Below are positions 61,370 through 64,000 of a stretch of 64,000 bases of DNA, one piece after another (position 1 is the first letter of the stretch; each line of letters begins with the position of its first letter). Made by a program: the position numbers and the translations under genes. Where the stretch lies: positions 1,440 through 65,439 of the forward strand of contig JAZQVO010000038.1 in NCBI GenBank assembly GCA_045631905.1. Direction: 5' to 3'. This stretch comes from Bacteroidaceae bacterium. GTDB taxonomy: Bacteria; Bacteroidota; Bacteroidia; Bacteroidales; Bacteroidaceae. The notes under the pieces were generated by a model. It made no database searches. It had not been told where the DNA came from and saw only the letters and a list, made by a program, of their open reading frames with translations.

Positions 61370-62632
61370 ATGGCAACCACACTACTCTTTTTATTAGTTG
61401 TAATCATGCTTTCAGCCCTATTCTCGGGCATGGAGATAGCATTTGTGGCATCGAACAAGTTACTCATGGGCATCGACCTGAACGAACGCAGTGCCACCTC
61501 ATACATAATAAACCGTTTCTACTCCAACAGCAACAACTTCATATCTACGCTCCTTGTAGGTAACAACATCGTGCTTGTAATATACGGTATCCTCATGGCC
61601 GACATACTGAACACACTCTTTTTAGAGGAGCTCACAACATCGACCACCCTTAAACTACTCTTGGAAACACTCATCTCCACCATAGTAATAATATTCACAG
61701 GAGAATTTATCCCCAAGGCACTTTTCCGAATAAACCCCAACGGAGCACTCAAACGATTTGCCCTCATAACATACCTGCTATACATAATACTCTACCCCCT
61801 GTCACGCTTCACAACATGGCTATCATGCGTAGTAATGAACATGTTTAATATTAATATAGGTAAAGAGACACGCGACACCACATTCTCAAAGCGCGAGCTC
61901 AACAACCTCATTCAAGACTCCATAGAGAACGCCACCGAAAAAGAAGAGATAGACAACGACGTAAGAATATTCCAGAATGTACTCGACTTCTCTAACATAA
62001 AAGTTCGCGACTGCTATGTCCCCCGTACCGAGATTGAGGCCGTAGAGCTAAACACCTCCCTCGAAGAACTTAAAACACTGTTTATAGAGTCGGGACACTC
62101 TAAAATAGTTGTATACAAAGACAATATCGACGATATAATAGGCTACATACACTCCTCGGAGCTCTTTCGCAACGCCAACAAGTGGCAACAGAAAATATGC
62201 AAAATGCCCATCGTACCCGAAACACTCTCGGCCCACAAACTCATGCGCACCCTCATGCAACAAAAAAAATCATTGGCAGTAGTAGTCGACGAGTTTGGTG
62301 GCACCTCTGGAATAATATCTCTCGAAGACCTTGTTGAGCAGATTTTCGGCGAGATTGAAGACGAACACGACAACACCACCTTTGTAGCCAAAGAACTTGG
62401 CAACAACACCTATGTATTGTCGGGCCGTTTAGAGATAGAGCGCATAAACGAACAATTTGAGCTCGACATACCCGAATCGGACGAATATCAAACACTTGGC
62501 GGTTTCATTCTGGCACACCACCAACGCTTCCCACAAGTAAACGAGAATATTAAAATAGGTAAATTCAATATACAAATAATGAAAAAGCACAGTACCAAAA
62601 TAGAACTTGTGAAATTAAAACTAGACAAATAA
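61370..62632 (+). CDS. CNNM/hemolysin-family protein (DUF21-CBS pair-CorC_HlyC; GldE-like)
   Basis: 420 aa. It has an N-terminal 4-TM DUF21, a central CBS pair and a C-terminal CorC/HlyC transporter-associated domain (YVLSGRLEIERINEQF...). Confidence 0.8.
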   Translation: MATTLLFLLVVIMLSALFSGMEIAFVASNKLLMGIDLNERSATSYIINRFYSNSNNFISTLLVGNNIVLVIYGILMADILNTLFLEELTTSTTLKLLLETLISTIVIIFTGEFIPKALFRINPNGALKRFALITYLLYIILYPLSRFTTWLSCVVMNMFNINIGKETRDTTFSKRELNNLIQDSIENATEKEEIDNDVRIFQNVLDFSNIKVRDCYVPRTEIEAVELNTSLEELKTLFIESGHSKIVVYKDNIDDIIGYIHSSELFRNANKWQQKICKMPIVPETLSAHKLMRTLMQQKKSLAVVVDEFGGTSGIISLEDLVEQIFGEIEDEHDNTTFVAKELGNNTYVLSGRLEIERINEQFELDIPESDEYQTLGGFILAHHQRFPQVNENIKIGKFNIQIMKKHSTKIELVKLKLDK

Positions 62633-62682
62633 CTTTTCGCAACTTTTTCATTCATTTATAATAAGAATTAAAACCTATTTTA

Positions 62683-62690
62683 TATCTTTG
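62683..62690 (+). promoter_or_regulatory. Candidate -7 promoter box TATCTTTG
   Basis: Matches TAnnTTTG followed by cac, about 73 nt upstream of the ATG at 62763. Confidence 0.4.
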
Positions 62691-62762
62691 CACTTTGTGA
62701 CCGAAAAGTACATTCCACTTAACGGGCTAATAAAAGTATAATAACTAAAAAACATAAAATTT

Positions 62763-64000
62763 ATGGCAACATTACAAAAACTGCGCAACGCAGGCCCACT
62801 TCTTGTAATCTTTGTGGGTTTAGCACTATTTGCATTCATTGCAGGTGATGCTTGGAGACTACTTCAGTCCAACTTCACCGAATACAACGCCGGTTCAATC
62901 AACGGCGAGGAACTTTCAGTAGAAGAGTTCCAAAAGATGTATCAGGAGTACACAAATGTAATGAAAGTAGTAAGAGGCAACGACAAACTCACCGAAGATG
63001 AGATGGCCGAAATTAAAAACTACATTTGGAGCTCATACGTTACCAACCAACTCATTACCGAGGAGGCCGAGAAACTTGGTCTCACAGTAACCAACGAAGA
63101 GATTCAGGCAATCGTAGATGCAGGAGCAAACCCTCTACTACAAAACACCCCCTTCACAGGTGCACAAGGAAAATTCGATGCCGACATACTCAAAAATTTC
63201 CTTGCACAATACGAAGAGAACAAAGACAACGAGCAGTACAGAATATTCTATGACTATTGGAAATTCATTGAGAGAACAATCAAAGAGCAAACACTTGCCG
63301 ACAAATACCACGCTCTCATACAGAACTCTTTCATAGGTAACCCCATAGTAGCAAAGAGCAATTTCGATGCAAACAGCTACACATACGACATCGAGGTTGC
63401 CGCATACCCCTATTCAGCAATCGAAGACTCTACCATCGAGTTGAGCAGCAGCGACATTAATAAGGTATACAAAGCAAAGAAAGAGAACTTCAAACAGTTC
63501 GAAGAGACTCGCGACATCGAATACGTAAGCTTCCACATAACACCCAGCAACGCCGACCGCAAAGAGTTGGAGAACGAATTTGCAGAGTGGAACAAAGAGT
63601 TGGAAGCAACAGAGGATTACGTCTCAATCGTTCGTCAGGCAGGTAGCGAGGTTGAATACTCCGATGTAGCATGGGCAAAGAGCTCATACCCCGAAGAGGT
63701 ACAAGTACGTCTCGACTCAACAGCCATAAACAGCGTTGTAGGCCCCATCTACAACCAATACGACGATTCATACACAAGCTTCAAGCTCGTTGCAAAGAAC
63801 AACATAGCCGACTCAATACAGTATCGCATGCTTATTGTAAACAGCGAGAACGCAGAAAAAACAACAGCACTCGCCGACAGCCTTCTTGCCGTATTGAAGA
63901 GCGGTGCCGACTATAAAGAGGTTGCAAAGAAGTATGGTCAGGAGAACAGCGACTCAATGTGGCTCGCATCGGCCCATTACAGCGGTAATGTACTTACCTC
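62763..64000 (+). CDS. PpiD/SurA-like periplasmic chaperone / peptidyl-prolyl isomerase, N-terminal part; runs off the right edge
   Basis: Not in the ORF track because it has no in-window stop. The ATG at 62763 gives MATLQKLRNAGPLLVIFVGLALFAFIAGD..., the N-terminal anchor and SurA_N-like region typical of PpiD. Confidence 0.65.
   Translation, partial: MATLQKLRNAGPLLVIFVGLALFAFIAGDAWRLLQSNFTEYNAGSINGEELSVEEFQKMYQEYTNVMKVVRGNDKLTEDEMAEIKNYIWSSYVTNQLITEEAEKLGLTVTNEEIQAIVDAGANPLLQNTPFTGAQGKFDADILKNFLAQYEENKDNEQYRIFYDYWKFIERTIKEQTLADKYHALIQNSFIGNPIVAKSNFDANSYTYDIEVAAYPYSAIEDSTIELSSSDINKVYKAKKENFKQFEETRDIEYVSFHITPSNADRKELENEFAEWNKELEATEDYVSIVRQAGSEVEYSDVAWAKSSYPEEVQVRLDSTAINSVVGPIYNQYDDSYTSFKLVAKNNIADSIQYRMLIVNSENAEKTTALADSLLAVLKSGADYKEVAKKYGQENSDSMWLASAHYSGNVLT

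Overview
This 64-kb window looks like a Bacteroidales chromosome. The evidence is TAnnTTTG-type promoter boxes, a T9SS C-terminal sorting domain protein, a GH110 enzyme and a type-2 IleS. Most of it is ordinary, tightly packed housekeeping DNA: ileS (partial), an M18 aminopeptidase, a kinase-like/RapZ-C fusion, gdhA, an ampG-like permease with a BadF-type sugar kinase, an FKBP PPIase, groES-groEL, a YihY protein and an SstT-like symporter. It continues with a TPP-riboswitch-controlled thiamine uptake operon (TonB receptor, PnuT, thiamine pyrophosphokinase), an RluA-family synthase, GH110, secA, a TetR-TolC-MFP-RND efflux operon with a PG0541-type small protein, a DUF4105/alkaline-phosphatase pair, and coaX through an lptC-like gene, a CNNM-type gene and a ppiD-like gene (partial). 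No rRNA, tRNA or CRISPR array was seen. The exception is a visibly AT-rich insertion of about 14 kb (about 25.2-39.0 kb). Single 60-nt spot counts give 21/60 G+C at 27001-27060 against 35/60 at 12991-13050. The insertion carries a tyrosine integrase, a 5'-truncated MobV-type relaxase, a DUF4143-type AAA ATPase and a tightly packed minus-strand operon at 34920->26159. That operon encodes a vWA-like lipoprotein, a small 3-TM protein, an FtsZ/tubulin-like GTPase, a 1064-aa protein with an Hsp70/actin-fold ATPase half, a MotA/ExbB-type channel protein with a long helical tail (ZorA-like) and a MotB/OmpA-type partner (ZorB-like). A translationally overlapped His-Me nuclease lipoprotein gene follows and is broken by one in-frame TAA. 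I read this as a candidate undescribed, Zorya-related envelope-anchored conflict system, possibly controlled by an invertible promoter bounded by 25-27-nt inverted repeats. Function, novelty and phase variation are all inferences that need profile, structure and read-level checks.
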